Counted from the first letter of the stretch, positions 27,091-40,852 are shown. The stretch is 64,000 nt of DNA from Octopus vulgaris (GCA_951406725.2 OX597824.1:35712001-35776000); one strand, 5' to 3'. The notes: generated by a model from the sequence alone, not told the origin. Numbers and translations are program-made.

Positions 27091-27159
<69 letters not shown>

Positions 27160-27937
27160 GGAAATATGCCAACGTGGGTGGGTGTATTTATGTATGAGAA
27201 AAAAAGGATATATATATATACAATGTGTGTGTGTGTGTGTGTAGACAGATAGACAGACAGATAGATAGATAGATAGACAGACAGAAAGAAAGAAGGAAAG
27301 ACAGAAAGAAAAAAGAAAGAAAGAAAGAAGGGAAGAAAGAAAGTAAGAAATGTCAGTATTATTATGTCTGTGTAATAGCACCAACCTAGCTAATATCCAG
27401 TTTTATAGTGGTCAGTTACGGGTGAAATTCTGCAGTTTCAAATTGGTTTTTCAGTATGCCTATTCTATTAGCCTGCTTTATGATATGACTTTCCAACTGA
27501 CTGCCAATCCACCCGCTGCGTTTGAAATTAGTGTAGAAGTGTGATATTAAAGCCCATATCACATCAAACAATATCTTGTTCTGGTCAATTTAACCTCTCC
27601 TCTTGAGCGCAGTCTTCAGTTAGAAGCATCAACTTGTTGACGCCACTGCTGGAAGTCTTGCGAAACTAGGTCTCGCCCAAAGTACAGTTAATCGAATTTG
27701 AACAGCTATTTTCTTGTGCTTCTGCCCAACATAATAGAGATTACGACAAGAAATATTATAGAATCTTATTATTTAGTCATGTATATCATGATTAAAGGGT
27801 TAACTGACCCGAAATCATTCGCTAGTTTTAAATTTGAATATATCGACATACATTTATTTACAAGTACATGTGTTTGTATCCATGTATAAATGCATGTGTA
27901 GATAATATATGTACACGCGTTAATATCAGGTTAAACT

Positions 27938-28073
27938 ATTCCGCCGAGGTCGACTTTGCCTTTCATCCTTTCGGGGTCGATAAATTAAGTACCAGTTGTG
28001 TATTGGGGTCGACTTAATCGACTGGTCCCTTCCCCAAAAATTTCGGGTCTTGTGCCTAGGGTAGAAAAAGAAT
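27938..28073 (+). mobile_element. SINE family A, 5'-truncated
   Basis: Meta-like domain and second tail type. Confidence 0.85.
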
Positions 28074-28116
28074 ATCTAAATAAACTAATATGAAGGTATG
28101 CATGTTTTGTTTTTTG

Positions 28117-28203
<87 letters not shown>

Positions 28204-28344
28204 TACGTTTGTATGTATATCAAAATATTAACCATACAGAAACCTAGTTTTATTCTCATGCGGATGTACACGATTATGTATGTATGTATGTATGTATGTA
28301 TGTATGTATGTATGTATGTATGTATGTATGTATGTATGTATGTA

Positions 28345-28375
<31 letters not shown>

Positions 28376-29098
28376 GTCTATGAGTATGTGCGTGTAAATG
28401 AGTGAGAGAGAGAAAACGGGTATTATTTGTTGGATCACAAAATAGTTTTGTAGGAAATGAGATCTGGCGATAATTTTTCTTATAAGTTCAACTATCCTCC
28501 CCAACTTCAGATGTGTAACTGCTGTTACAAGACTATTCGTGACTATTATTAATTCATTTGTAACATTATGTTTTATAAACTCGCTTTTTTATTTACTCTA
28601 TAGGCCATATTATTTTCCCACCGACCAGCTCTTCTTGAACAGGTTTGCCACCGATATTATCGCTGTATTCTCCTCTTCTGCTTCTCTTTCTCTTGACCTC
28701 TTTCCCCTTTCTGTTGCTGTTTTCTTTTCATTTCACGTTTGTTGCTGCTACCTTTGCTCTATAACTCCACATCCACCCTCGCTTCACATTTAATGTCTTC
28801 TTGGAGACAGTCTACACTTGATTTTCCTCATCATTTTTCCTTACTTTAAACATTTCACCTTTTCTTTTAATCTTGTTATTTTTCCCTTCACATATTTTTT
28901 TCTTTAAGTTTTTTTTTTTATTATTATTCGACCTACTTTATTTCCATTGCATTTTCTAAAGCCATCGTTTGAATCGAAGTCCTTTCACCTACATTGCAAC
29001 AAACTCTGCGATAATCACCTTTATTATTACCTACGTTCATAAAGGTTAACAAACAATATTAATCATACAAACATTGCCATCAATTATAACGTTAGATT

Positions 29099-29315
29099 AA
29101 GACAGCGGCCTGGTAGAATCGTTACCGTGCCGGTTTAATGCTTAGCGATATTTCGTCCGTCTTTATGTTCTGAGTTTAAATTCTGCCGAGGTCGACTTCG
29201 TCTTTCATCCTTTCAGGGTTGATAAAATAAGTACCAGTTGAGCTCTGGGGGCGATGTAATCGACTTAACCCCACCTTGTCTGAAATTTCTGGCCTTGCAC
29301 CAAAAATTGAAATCC
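29099..29315 (+). mobile_element. SINE family A monomer
   Basis: Flanked by the direct repeat aattataacgttagatt. Confidence 0.88.
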
Positions 29316-29519
29316 AAATTATAACGTTAGATTTGTTTTGTTTATTTCATAGCATTGTTATTACTACACAATGTGTCCTTGTAACTGTTACAACTGAAGG
29401 TTGGCCACAGAGAGCCATCGTTCATTAACTGTTCCAGCATGACCGTAGTCTAACGAATAAAACGAGTACCAGCTAACAGAAAAGTCAGCTTAGAGAACAT
29501 ATTCCAGTCTGTTCTCTTA

Positions 29520-29915
29520 TCTTTTACTTGATTCAGTCTGCGCCCATGATGGAGTACTGCCTCGCAAAATTTTCATCAAATGAATCGACACCAGTCCTAA
29601 TTATGTTAAAGACCGGTACTTATTCCATTGGTCTCTTTTGCCGGACCGCTCAGTTACGGGCACAACAACACCGATTCTCAAGTACTGATGGAGGTCAAAC
29701 ACAGACACGAAGACACACACACACGTGTGTGTGTGTGTGTGTATTTCACGACGGGACTCTTCACTTTCCGACTACCACATCCAATCACAAGACTTTGGTT
29801 GAGCCGAGAATATAATTTTTTTTAAAAATCACTTGCTTAAGGTGCTACGCAGTGGGACTGAGCTCGCAACTATGTAGCCGGGAAGCAAACTTCTTACCAT
29901 ATAACCACGTCTGCG
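29520..29915 (-). mobile_element. SINE family B (diverged)
   Basis: Reverse complement of the family B head and body. Confidence 0.78.
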
Positions 29916-31069
29916 TCTATATGCTTATTTCATATGTGTTGATAAATAGACTGAAGTGCTTGACATTTTCTGATCACTAACCCCCATCCTCAGGCACGAA
30001 ATGTAACTCCAGAATGCATAAATGCTAGATAGGTGGCTGTCAGTATATTTTAATACATGAAGCATTAAAAAAACTGATGTAGAAGAAAAAAAATCCAATT
30101 ATTGGTCCACGAATAACATTATTGCTTGAGTGGCGTTTCAATTACGCATTTTTAAACATAGTGTCTATAGAACCAGATTACACAATGTGTTCATTTTTAA
30201 GGCAGTCGGGTATGATTTGTAAATGCGGCTGCTATTTTCAGCAATTCAAACAGCCGCTTCATTGGTTGGCGAATATTGGAAAAAATTGGCAGGATATGTT
30301 TTTTAATTTCTAAATCTCTTTATCTTCCTTCCACAGTTGTGCTACCCACAATTTATTGTTGATATACGAGCGCCATCTTGTTTCCTGTTGAAAGTTATCC
30401 TAAATTTCTCGACGCTAAAAGCATCAAAGAAAATAGAACTTTTCTGCAGCAATTTCTACGTCGTCTGAATCTATTTTCCGACATTATTAGAAGTAAATTT
30501 TGACCGTTTTCTTCGATTATTTCCTTCCCCTTTGGAACTAATGCCTGATTTTATAAATCGCTTTTTTAAAAACCAAACTTCATGGAGATGTTCAAAGAAC
30601 TTAAATATATTTCAGAATTTAATAAAATGAAGAATTTAAGAGAGAAAAATGTCAAAGCGGTGTTTACGTAAACAGCGAACCATATGTTTACTGTGATGTT
30701 TGTTTAGAGTGTTTTCAGAAAATTTGGTGCTCTTACATCTATACGGATATCTAGAGTCGCATGTGCGCACACACACACAAGCACAGACACATTCACACAC
30801 TCAGTTTCGTTAAGGTTACAAACATAAACAAGTATGGGTGTAACTACTAGCTGGATCACACACACACAGATGAGAAACAGGCGCATGCATGTATGCACAT
30901 ATATAAATATATGTATCAAATATGATTTGTAGATGCATTGAGAAAACTATTACCAGAAATTTTTGTGTGCGTGTGTATACACATATGTATGTAAGCATTC
31001 ATATTATATAAACACATAGATGCGCATACATAAATACACATATAAGCATATATATGTGTGTGTGTGTAT

Positions 31070-31104
<35 letters not shown>

Positions 31105-31161
31105 AATAGACAGATAAAACTTACTTGGAAGAGGATGCGTGGCGTTCAATCATATAATAAT

Positions 31162-31203
<42 letters not shown>

Positions 31204-31232
31204 TATATACATACGTATATGTACATACTTAC

Positions 31233-31292
<60 letters not shown>

Positions 31293-31315
31293 GTGTGTGT
31301 GTTTGTGTGTGTGTG

Positions 31316-31952
31316 GGCACAGGACGTCATGAAACGTGTACAACAACAAAAAATACGAAGTACGAGTACATAGAATATGAACTATTTTTTCGAACAACGA
31401 AAGACACAAATGGAAAACAAGACAAACAACATAAAGAACGACCCTTCCTCAGTTGTTGGCTGTTTTTCTACGCTCGTATTTCGAGCATTTAACAACAATA
31501 TATGCTTTCGATAAAACAGTTTATCCCGCAAAGCAATTTAAATAAAATTTTGCAGATGGTCAAAATTGGTAACACAAACAGGACAGTGAAAACAAATAGG
31601 AAGGGCGGCTAAGCCTAAACGAGGTTGTGGTGGCGAACGCGTAAATCAAGCTTGGACAGGAGATAGACAAGAACATGTCTTCCTTGTTCCAGCTACAACA
31701 GAGAGAAAGAAAGAAACACAAGTTAGGAGAAGAAAGATGGCCGATGGTCACGTGGGAGCCACGTGAGCAAGGGATGAGGAATGAGGGAGAGAGAGTGTGA
31801 CAGAGTAATAGGATAGAATAGTGGGAGAAGAATAAGAGAAAGAAAGAGAGAAAAGCGAAAGAGTAAAAATATCGTATAGAGTGCGTATCAGGATTATTAC
31901 GATAAAACTTACTTGGAAGAGGATGCGTGGTGTTCAAACAAATAATAGTGTA

Positions 31953-31957
<5 letters not shown>
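31316..31957 (-). mobile_element. Non-coding PLE-like derivative with a degenerate hammerhead-like fold
   Basis: Microsatellite-flanked; CT-rich tract, then ctgtttt..agcat/atgct..GAAA..aaaacag at 31459-31519; same layout as the PLE at 24172. Confidence 0.4.
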
Positions 31958-32004
<47 letters not shown>

Positions 32005-32419
32005 ATATATATACACACACACACACACAGATTAAGATAAACCTACTTGGAAACGGATGCGTGGCGTTCAATCAAATAATAATATAAATAATATATATGC
32101 ATATACACACACACAAAATATGCATACACACACACACACGCACAGAATAAATATCGACATACAGACATATAGATTCGTCATTGTCAATCAACAGTCATAA
32201 ATTGTGTGTGTTTTTATGTGCATATATGTATATGTGTATATATATATGCATGTATACAAACACACACACACATACAAGTATATGTATGTGTGTGTGTGTG
32301 TGCACACGTTTGTACGTGCTTGCGCACACATGCGTGTACGTACGTATGTAAGTATCCATGTATATATTCACATGCTTCTTGACCAGCCAGTTGATAATTG
32401 CTTATCTATAAAACCAAAT

Positions 32420-33510
32420 AAAATCACTCGAAAATCATAGACGATGCCAGGTTATCATAGTGTGATTCGCTAACATAAGTCACGTGAGTCATCAGCAAAG
32501 GTAGATAGATTATTGGAAATGTTTTCTGAAACAAGTTAAAGAATATATCTACTCGTAGAGAGGCGACTGTATTTCAGTTAACAGGGAAATTCAGATTTCT
32601 TAAATACTTACATTGTCTGTAGTTCTGCAGGAACATGGATAGTTTTGAAAGTCTGAGGTTTGTAATTCTTGCATGAAGCTTGTAATTTCCCGCATGAAAA
32701 CAAGAAGAAAAGCTTAGTTCCTATATTTAAGATAGATATACTCTATTTTCTTCCCTACAATCTTTTGGAAATTAGATATATTTCTGTAATGATGTAGCTT
32801 GCTCTTGTTTCAAGAACTAAATGCTTGGATGTGCTGTGTGTATCTGATCTTAAAAGTATTTTCGGTTAAAGCAATATACATGTTTACCACGCTGTCCACA
32901 GCTTCTACTCTGTATATTATTTTTTACAGTAGGTATCTTTACTTAGTCGTGTCTCAAAATTGATGTTCCGGTTGGATTTTCTGGGTAACATTTATGGATT
33001 TTTGGTAGTAATTATAGACTTGAGACCCTATTCCCATATTTCTCATGCAGCTGTTGGCAGCCTTAATAGAATGTTTATTGAAGAATTTGTGATATCCGTG
33101 TCTAGTGGGGAAGCGCGTACTAATCAGTGTTAGAATGATCATAGCTACATTTGTAGATACATTTAAACTATGGAGAGGATTATAACATGTTATTTTCTCT
33201 TCCTACTTTAGTATTATTTGATATGGGTTGGTCTATGTGTTTTTGCTTCTTAAATTTATTTGTTACTAGTTCTCTATTGCGATATGAAGTAGTTTTATCA
33301 AATATTTCTCTGTTTGATGATAGATAAATTTAATATGCATCTGCTAATATTCCCTGCAATGTAAGATGATTGGTGAAAGGTTGACTCTTTTACTTATACA
33401 TGTATATTTTGTTTCTACCTTTCTTTCCCGAGAGTGTATACTTGTATTTAAATTTGTGATTGCATCCTGGAAATTTGTTATCTTTACTGTTGTATTTGTT
33501 GTATTTTTAA
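32420..33510 (-). mobile_element. Decayed Penelope-like element (RT thumb/linker and GIY-YIG)
   Basis: RKITCYNPLHSLNVSTN (cf. RNIIWFNPP), RFPTRHGYHKFFNKHSIKAANSCMRN, IIYRV...MYIALTENTFKIRYTQH; CTGATGA core at 32495-32489 downstream. Confidence 0.8.
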
Positions 33511-33619
33511 ACAAATTCTTTGAAAATGCTAGTCAGTGATTTTGTCCATGCCATGCACATACATGATGTGGGATACGTCGTGTCCGCCGTATATGTATAT
33601 GTGTGTATATATATGTGTG

Positions 33620-33670
<51 letters not shown>

Positions 33671-34009
33671 ATATATATGTAGGTATATATATATGTATGC
33701 ATAAGCATATATATTTTATTTATTTATTCATTTATATATAGCGTAAACATAGTAAGTGGTTATAATAACCGACTAAGGGATAAAATATCCGTATGTACTA
33801 TCGATATCAGTTACTCGTGCTATCGTCGGGTATTGGTGTGCAGGCTCACTGTGCACGTAGAGTGCAGGTAGCAACAGGATAAAAACGAGAGTTTATCAGG
33901 AAACAAATACAGATGATCAGGAAGTGGAGAAAACCTCAGAATTGTTTAATCTGAGGTTTTCTCTATTTTCTGATTATTTATGTGTGTATACACACACACA
34001 CATATATAT

Positions 34010-34077
<68 letters not shown>

Positions 34078-34083
<6 letters not shown>

Positions 34084-34492
34084 ATATACACAAGGAAACT
34101 ACATGAGCAACTACATCGCTAAAAATAAAAGTCAAAAATACTTCTGTGCCATCGAATAGTCACAAATCTACTACAGACATGATAGGGAAAAATTTCAGTG
34201 AACAATAATAACGTCTTACTTCTGCTAAGAAAATTTTAGTATTGTTAGCTGGCAGATTTCGGCTGATGAGAAATCAGGCACCTATTTGGCGCTAAATTTC
34301 GAAACCAGTACCAAGTTGACCAGCATTACTTGTTCCAACCTAGCAGAGGTAAGACGTTATTATTGTTCACTGAAATTTTTTCCTATTATGTCTGTAGTAG
34401 ATTTGTGACTATTCGGTGGCACAGAAGTATTTTTGACTTCTATTTTTAGCGACGTAGGGTATAATGTAGTATCCTTGTGTATATATATACAT
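34078..34492. mobile_element. Fold-back element: ~150-bp inverted arms around a hammerhead
   Basis: Arms 34078-34227 and 34341-34492 (inner ~117 bp differ at 6 positions); (TA)n-rich flanks. Confidence 0.85.
34249..34323 (+). ncRNA. Type I hammerhead ribozyme motif
   Basis: CTGATGA 34263-34269, stem II GAAAT/ATTTC, GAAA 34301-34304, CCAG, TA (34309-34310); imperfect stem I ctggcagatttcgg/ccaagttgaccag. Confidence 0.7.
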
Positions 34493-34577
34493 ATCTAATA
34501 TTGTATGTATATATTTTACTAATTTGTCTGTACGGTCGATAATTCGCTTGCCACTCGTGACGGTATTTTTATACCAT

Positions 34578-34706
<129 letters not shown>

Positions 34707-34923
34707 CATACGTGCATACATACATGATAAAAATACAATTGAAATGTAGTCAAGATTCACTAGACAGATTCAGTTCTTTCATTATTATTGGGAAAAGAGA
34801 AAGTGTCAACTCGCTTTATGAGTTCATTTTTAAACTAAAGCCAGCGTTAGTCCAGGTGCTAATCGCTTGTGCACATGAATTACACATCTTGGGTTTTAGG
34901 GCTGTTTACACTTTTATTACCAA

Positions 34924-35308
34924 CTAGCAGTATCGCCCGGCGTTGCTCAGGTTTGTAAGGGAAATAACTATAAAGCATTTTTAGAGAGTTATAGCCAAAA
35001 AAATAGCAAAAAAATGGAAAAAAAAATGATGGTAAATTTTTTTTGAGAGTTAAAAAAGGTGGAGTTGCGTCCCCTAGACGGTCTGTGGTTTGGGTTTCTG
35101 ATTCTCGACCCCATGTCGAATTTATCGATTTTTTCAGAACTGGGGGAACTTTTCAAAATTTTCGCTGCGTTAGTTTTGAATTATGACATTGGGCTATGTG
35201 TGTGTCAAGTTTCATCAGAATCGGTTGAAAGCCGTGGTCAGAGTGAGGGTACGAGAAAACAGACACACAGAAAACGCACAGACAAACTGCCGTTTATATA
35301 GAGAGAGA
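34924..35308 (-). mobile_element. Non-autonomous Helitron
   Basis: On the - strand A|TC(35308)...subterminal hairpin cctgagcaacgccggg...CTAG(34924)|T, inserted at AT without a TSD. Confidence 0.8.
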
Positions 35309-35364
35309 TTATGTACTCATATTTATTCTTGTATCAATCGCTCTTCTTGTTTCCTGATGTTTTT

Positions 35365-35536
35365 ATATTATTATTATTATTATTATTATTATTATCCTCC
35401 TCCTCCTCCTCCTCCCACTCCTACTTTTTCTTTTTTTTTCTTCTCCTTCTTGTCCTCCTCCTCCTTTTTACTACTACTACAACCACCACCATCACCACTA
35501 CCACTTCTACTAATACCACCACCTCCACCACGACTA

Positions 35537-35568
<32 letters not shown>

Positions 35569-35613
35569 TTACTACTACTACTACTACAACTATTACTACT
35601 ACTACTACTACTA

Positions 35614-35668
<55 letters not shown>

Positions 35669-35692
35669 AACTACTACTACTACCACCACCAT

Positions 35693-35742
<50 letters not shown>
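35365..35742. repeat. (TTA)n/(CCT)n/(CTA)n compound microsatellite
   Basis: Direct; explains the 243-aa poly-Y ORF. Confidence 0.95.
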
Positions 35743-35745
<3 letters not shown>

Positions 35746-36521
35746 TTTCTTCTTGATGGTGGTGGTTTTCTTGTCATCGTTGTTGAAGTTGATGTTTATG
35801 CCGGTACTGCTGTTTTATATCACTTTGGCGTTATCCCATAACTTTTACGTTTTTTTCATTATAGCTAACCCCTACACATTTGTTACAATGCTTCTCCGAA
35901 AGATCTTTGGATAAATTCCCTCTTTTTTTTTTTAGCTTTGACAAGTAAATTTTTAGGATGGACGCCATTACCGGTACCACGCCCCTCATAACTTTCTACT
36001 AACGCTCCTCCCTCTTCAAACATTAAACTTGTTGACAATTATAATAAAAATATTTGTCCGCCGACTGCAGACAACGAAGGAAAATCACAGTTCCTCCCCT
36101 AATTAAGGGAGACACTGACAGTTTTTAAGCCTTCTTTTTCCCCCAAAAAACATCTTAAACAATTATAACGATAAAAACTCTAAATTACGCAAAAATAATG
36201 AAAATAAAGTAAACTTACTGGGTGTGGATATTTAGGATCAGAGCAGCTTGGAGATGATTACGATGATGAGGAAGAGGAAGATAGTGGTAATGAGGATTAT
36301 GACAACGTCGACGACGATGACGACGACGATGGTGGTGGTGTGGTGGTAGTGGTGGTGATTGAGATGCTGCTGCTGCTGATCCTTTTATGGCCACAAGGGC
36401 TCATATATATATAATACAAAACGTAATAGAAAAAATATATGGGATGTAGATGTATATATATATATATATATACATATATATACATACATATAGATAGATA
36501 GATAGATATACATATTTATAT

Positions 36522-36574
<53 letters not shown>

Positions 36575-37243
36575 CATACATACAGTACATATATACATAC
36601 AATATATATATATACACACTCACAGATATATGTGAGTGTGTATGTATGTATGTATGTATGTATGTATGTATGTATGTATGTATGTATGTATGTATAAACG
36701 GACGAGGAACAAAAATGTACAGCATATATTTAAATTTTCAAATTGGCTCTAGAAGTACGCTGAGAAACTCAGTGTTTTGTGGAGTGCAATGTAGTTATGA
36801 GAACATGTTTTTTTTTTCATACATACAGTCTAGTTGTGAGTCGCTATGTTTTAAAATGTACGAAGAACATACATTTATATGAAGAACATACAATGAATAC
36901 CGCCACCAATATATATGCGTGTAGTTATATAGTGTCTAGTCTCTAGCTATATAGGTGAGTGGGAAAGTCTGAACAAACAAAAAATCGAAGGAAGAGACGT
37001 ATTAGAGACAAAAAAAGTTTTTAATACACTAGGTAAAAATGCATGCGAATATAGATTACAAACAGTTCACAGTTATCCATACGCATGTCTGTGTATATCA
37101 CTACGTTTAATTCATAATTTGAGTGTTTGTGTCTGTGTGCGTGTGTATATGTGTGCATTTATGTACGTATGTGTGTGTGTGTGTGTGTGTGCGTGCGTGT
37201 CTATGTGTGCACGTATGTATGTATATATATATATATATATATA

Positions 37244-37275
<32 letters not shown>

Positions 37276-37744
37276 TAATAATAATAAATGCCAAAACGAA
37301 TTTCTGTATGTCACACTTTGACTCCATCTCTCTCACTATTCAATGACACCTCTACTTTTCCTCATGTTGGGGTGAGAGTAATAATAGACATAGAGATTTT
37401 GAGGGCGGTAGCAGATTGACGATTGTGATGGTAATGGGGTGATAGTGATAGTATGAGCTGTAGTTGTGATACAGGCGGAAGAGACGGTGATGACGATGGT
37501 GGTGGTGATAGCCGAGGCGGTCAGAGATGACGGTGATAGCAAGCGACGTGAAAGACAGAGGTGATGGTGGTGGAAAGGAAGGTAGTGAAGTCGAAGGTAT
37601 TGATGGTGGTGGCGTCAGAAGTTTGAATAGTGTGTGCATGGCAGTTGTGGTGGCAATAGAAGTGATATGGGTGATAGTGATGGTAGAAAAGGATCAACAG
37701 AAAGAGAGAGAGAGAGGTTACATAGAAAAAGCTGTACTGACACA

Positions 37745-37905
37745 CGAATGGGAAGACGAAGACAGGTGGTGTAGAAAACAAACAGATGTATTAGTATAAC
37801 GCTCAGGAAGTGAAAAAGTCTTACGTTTCGAGCCTACGCTCTTCCATAGAAAGGAACAAACAAGGAGAGAAGAAAATGTGTGTAGTGACTACCGACCTAT
37901 CATGG
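37745..37905 (-). mobile_element. Mini-PLE 3' end with hammerhead-like motif
   Basis: CTATGGA-A-GAGCgtagGCTC-GAAACGTA at 37849-37822, then cctgagcg; homologous to 24172-24385; abuts (TA)n. Confidence 0.7.
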
Positions 37906-37972
<67 letters not shown>

Positions 37973-38110
37973 TACGGTGATGCAAGCAGGAAAAAGAGAA
38001 CTGAAAATATGAGTACATGTATACTTTTATTAACATTTAGCGGAAGCAACAGAATGACTCAAGGTCCGAGATTTTCATGTGTATGCATGTGTACACACAC
38101 GCACACACAC

Positions 38111-38151
<41 letters not shown>

Positions 38152-38165
38152 CAGATAGTTATATA

Positions 38166-39381
38166 TTGGATCATCCCATAAATAATGCGGTTTTTTAATA
38201 CTTATTTTACTTTTTTCAAAATCAAGATAAACAAAGTTTTTAATCTAAAATATACTCTCCTTCATTTTCTATAATGCTCTTCTATCTATGTTATAGACTT
38301 GCGAGGCCTCTCTTCCAAAATTCACTCATCCGTGATGATAAATACACTTCCAGTACTGACCTCGTCTACAGAATTCATATTTTTCCCGTGCGAAATGAAT
38401 AGTAATCAGGTGGGGCAATGTCCAGCGAATATGGTGGCTGGGGCATCGTTTCCCACTAAAACAGCTCCAATCTTTGGAACGTCATCCTCTCTATGTGGCC
38501 GAGCATTATCCTGATGGAAGAACACCTTTCGTCTTGAAGCTAAACATGGTTGTTTTTCTTCCAGCGCTGACTTAAGCCACTCAAGCTGCTCTCAGTAGAT
38601 GCCTTTTGTTATCGTTTGGTTTGGGTTTAAAAGTTCAAAGTAGACTAAACATTTCATATCCCACCAGATAACAACACCTTACGTGGGTGAAGATCTTGAT
38701 GTCGGTGTTTCTCCTTTCCCTACCCAATGTCTTCGGCGTTTGACATTTTTATAGAGAACTCATTTCTCGTCACCAAACACTATTCGGTCCAAAATTGGTC
38801 CATTCGTGAGACGTGACAGCAAAGAAGAGCACACATTCACTCACTGTGTGTGATCAGACACGGAAGGTCTGTGAAGAATCCTTTGACCCAATTTGCTGAC
38901 TTTTCCGATTGCACACAGGTGTCGATGAATGACTGAATGACCAAATCCAAGTTTTTCTGCTAGTTCATCAACAGTTACGGTGGGATTTTGTTCCACCAGG
39001 GTTTGCAAGACGTCCTCGTCGAGCTCTATAGATCTTCCAGGACGCGGCTCGGTTTTCTAAGCTGTAGTTTCCGACTCGGAATTTCGCTTATTGTCCGATC
39101 CCCATATACTGCATTAATATTCCTCGCACTTTCCATTGCGTTGTTGCCTTCATTGAACTCATAAAGCAAAATATGCCGAATATGCTCCTTTGTCACTTCC
39201 ATTATAGCTTTGAAAAATTAACTGTTAAAATTAAACTGCCCTCTTCAAAGCTTGCATTACGAATAAGTAAAACGAGGTAAAATTACTACCTGCTTTTATA
39301 GCAAGTTGATGCAGGTAGTTCATTCCCTTCCCCTCCGACTTTTAGTTCATGCAATTGAAAAGAAAAAAACCATTATCCCAA
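38166..39381 (-). mobile_element. Mariner transposon with pseudogenised transposase (ATG at 39202)
   Basis: MEVTKEHIRHILLYEF, LDRIVFGDEK and FFHQDNARPH motifs; left TIR ttggatcatcccataaataatgcgg, partly deleted right TIR ending cccaa, TA flanks. Confidence 0.9.
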
Positions 39382-39445
39382 TATATATGTATGTGTGAGC
39401 GTGTATGTATGTGTGTGTATAAGTATGTAAGTGTATATATGTATG

Positions 39446-39477
<32 letters not shown>

Positions 39478-39520
39478 AGTATATATATTTATGCATAAAT
39501 ATGTATGTGTGTGTATAATA

Positions 39521-39568
<48 letters not shown>

Positions 39569-40243
39569 TATTATACATGTGTTATACATATATGTGTATA
39601 TACATGTATACATACAAGCAAGTTCGTGCGTTTATGCACTGTTGTAATATTGGGTTTCATATTCTAACCCAAATAATAGAGATCTTCCCATTGTCTTCGC
39701 AGTGTTTGTTTTAAGGTGACCTATGTTCCATCCTTTACAACGATCCTTTATTTCTTTTAACCGTTCCTAAAATTACTTTCTATTCTGCAGAAGTCTTTCC
39801 TTCTGGAAGTTGATTCAATGTATTAATTTCCATTACGTCTGAAACTATATTTCAATCATGAATATATTTAAAACAGTATCTCTGATAAAAAAGAAAAAAA
39901 AAAATTTCATTCTGACGATTAAGCATGATTTTAAAGTAATATGGTCCACAACCATGTCAAAGAGGTGGAATGGACCTGAAATCTAAGAAAAGCGAGCAAC
40001 CAAAAGGGAAACGTTTCAGAATACATAAAGAAAAAGATTACCCAAACTAAAGCCGTGCTAGGTGAAACCGCGCGAACCGAGTACCGTCTAAACCGAGGGA
40101 CATACATACATACATACATACATACATACATACATACATACATACATACGTACGTACGTACGTACATACATACATACATACATGCATACATACATACATA
40201 CATACATACATACATACATACATACATACATACATACATACAT

Positions 40244-40490
40244 GTGGTTAGAGAAATACAAGAGGTAAAGGATATCTATGGACCATTAATAAGAAGTTTG
40301 ATGATACAGTACCCAAGATACACTTTCGGCTTCATACCTCTTAGTGTTGGAGCAGCTGGGTACATACCAACCCAACTGGTGCAAAGTATGACTGAACTTG
40401 GGTTATTGGGGAGAGAACGCAAACCCTCAATTCATACGCTATAGATGATCACGATATATGAGACTATAAAATTATGGAAGACCTAAAGAT
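40244..40490 (+). mobile_element. R4/Dong-type LINE C-terminal REL fragment
   Basis: KDIYGPLIRSLMIQYPRYTFGFIPLSVGAAGYIP..L..LG; starts directly after (CATA)n. Confidence 0.7.
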
Positions 40491-40496
40491 TTAGAG

Positions 40497-40751
40497 CAGC
40501 GGTTCTCAACCATTTTTTACCTATGGACCTCCTTTCATTCCTATTTTCCTCGGGTGGACCATCGTAGCCATTCGATGTTTGAAAAATCCTATTATATATT
40601 CATCATTAAATATTATTAGGAATTGTATTTAAAAATTGTTAAAATATTTTGTGTGTTATAGAAGTATGACTAATTCATTGCAAATAAATTTTAGTAACAA
40701 AATCTTATGCGGACCCCCAAGGGTCATATAGGCCCTGCTTGAGAATCACTG
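40497..40751. mobile_element. hAT (Charlie-like) MITE
   Basis: TIRs cagcggttctcaa / ttgagaatcactg; 8-bp TSD atttagag / atatagag (7 of 8 match). Confidence 0.85.
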
Positions 40752-40852
40752 ATATAGAGGATGATGAACAAAATAAGATGTTTTTCTTTACAACCTTGCA
40801 AGCAGGAGGCGTCAAAATGTATTTTTAATTCAAAATCCATTTTTGAACAGTA

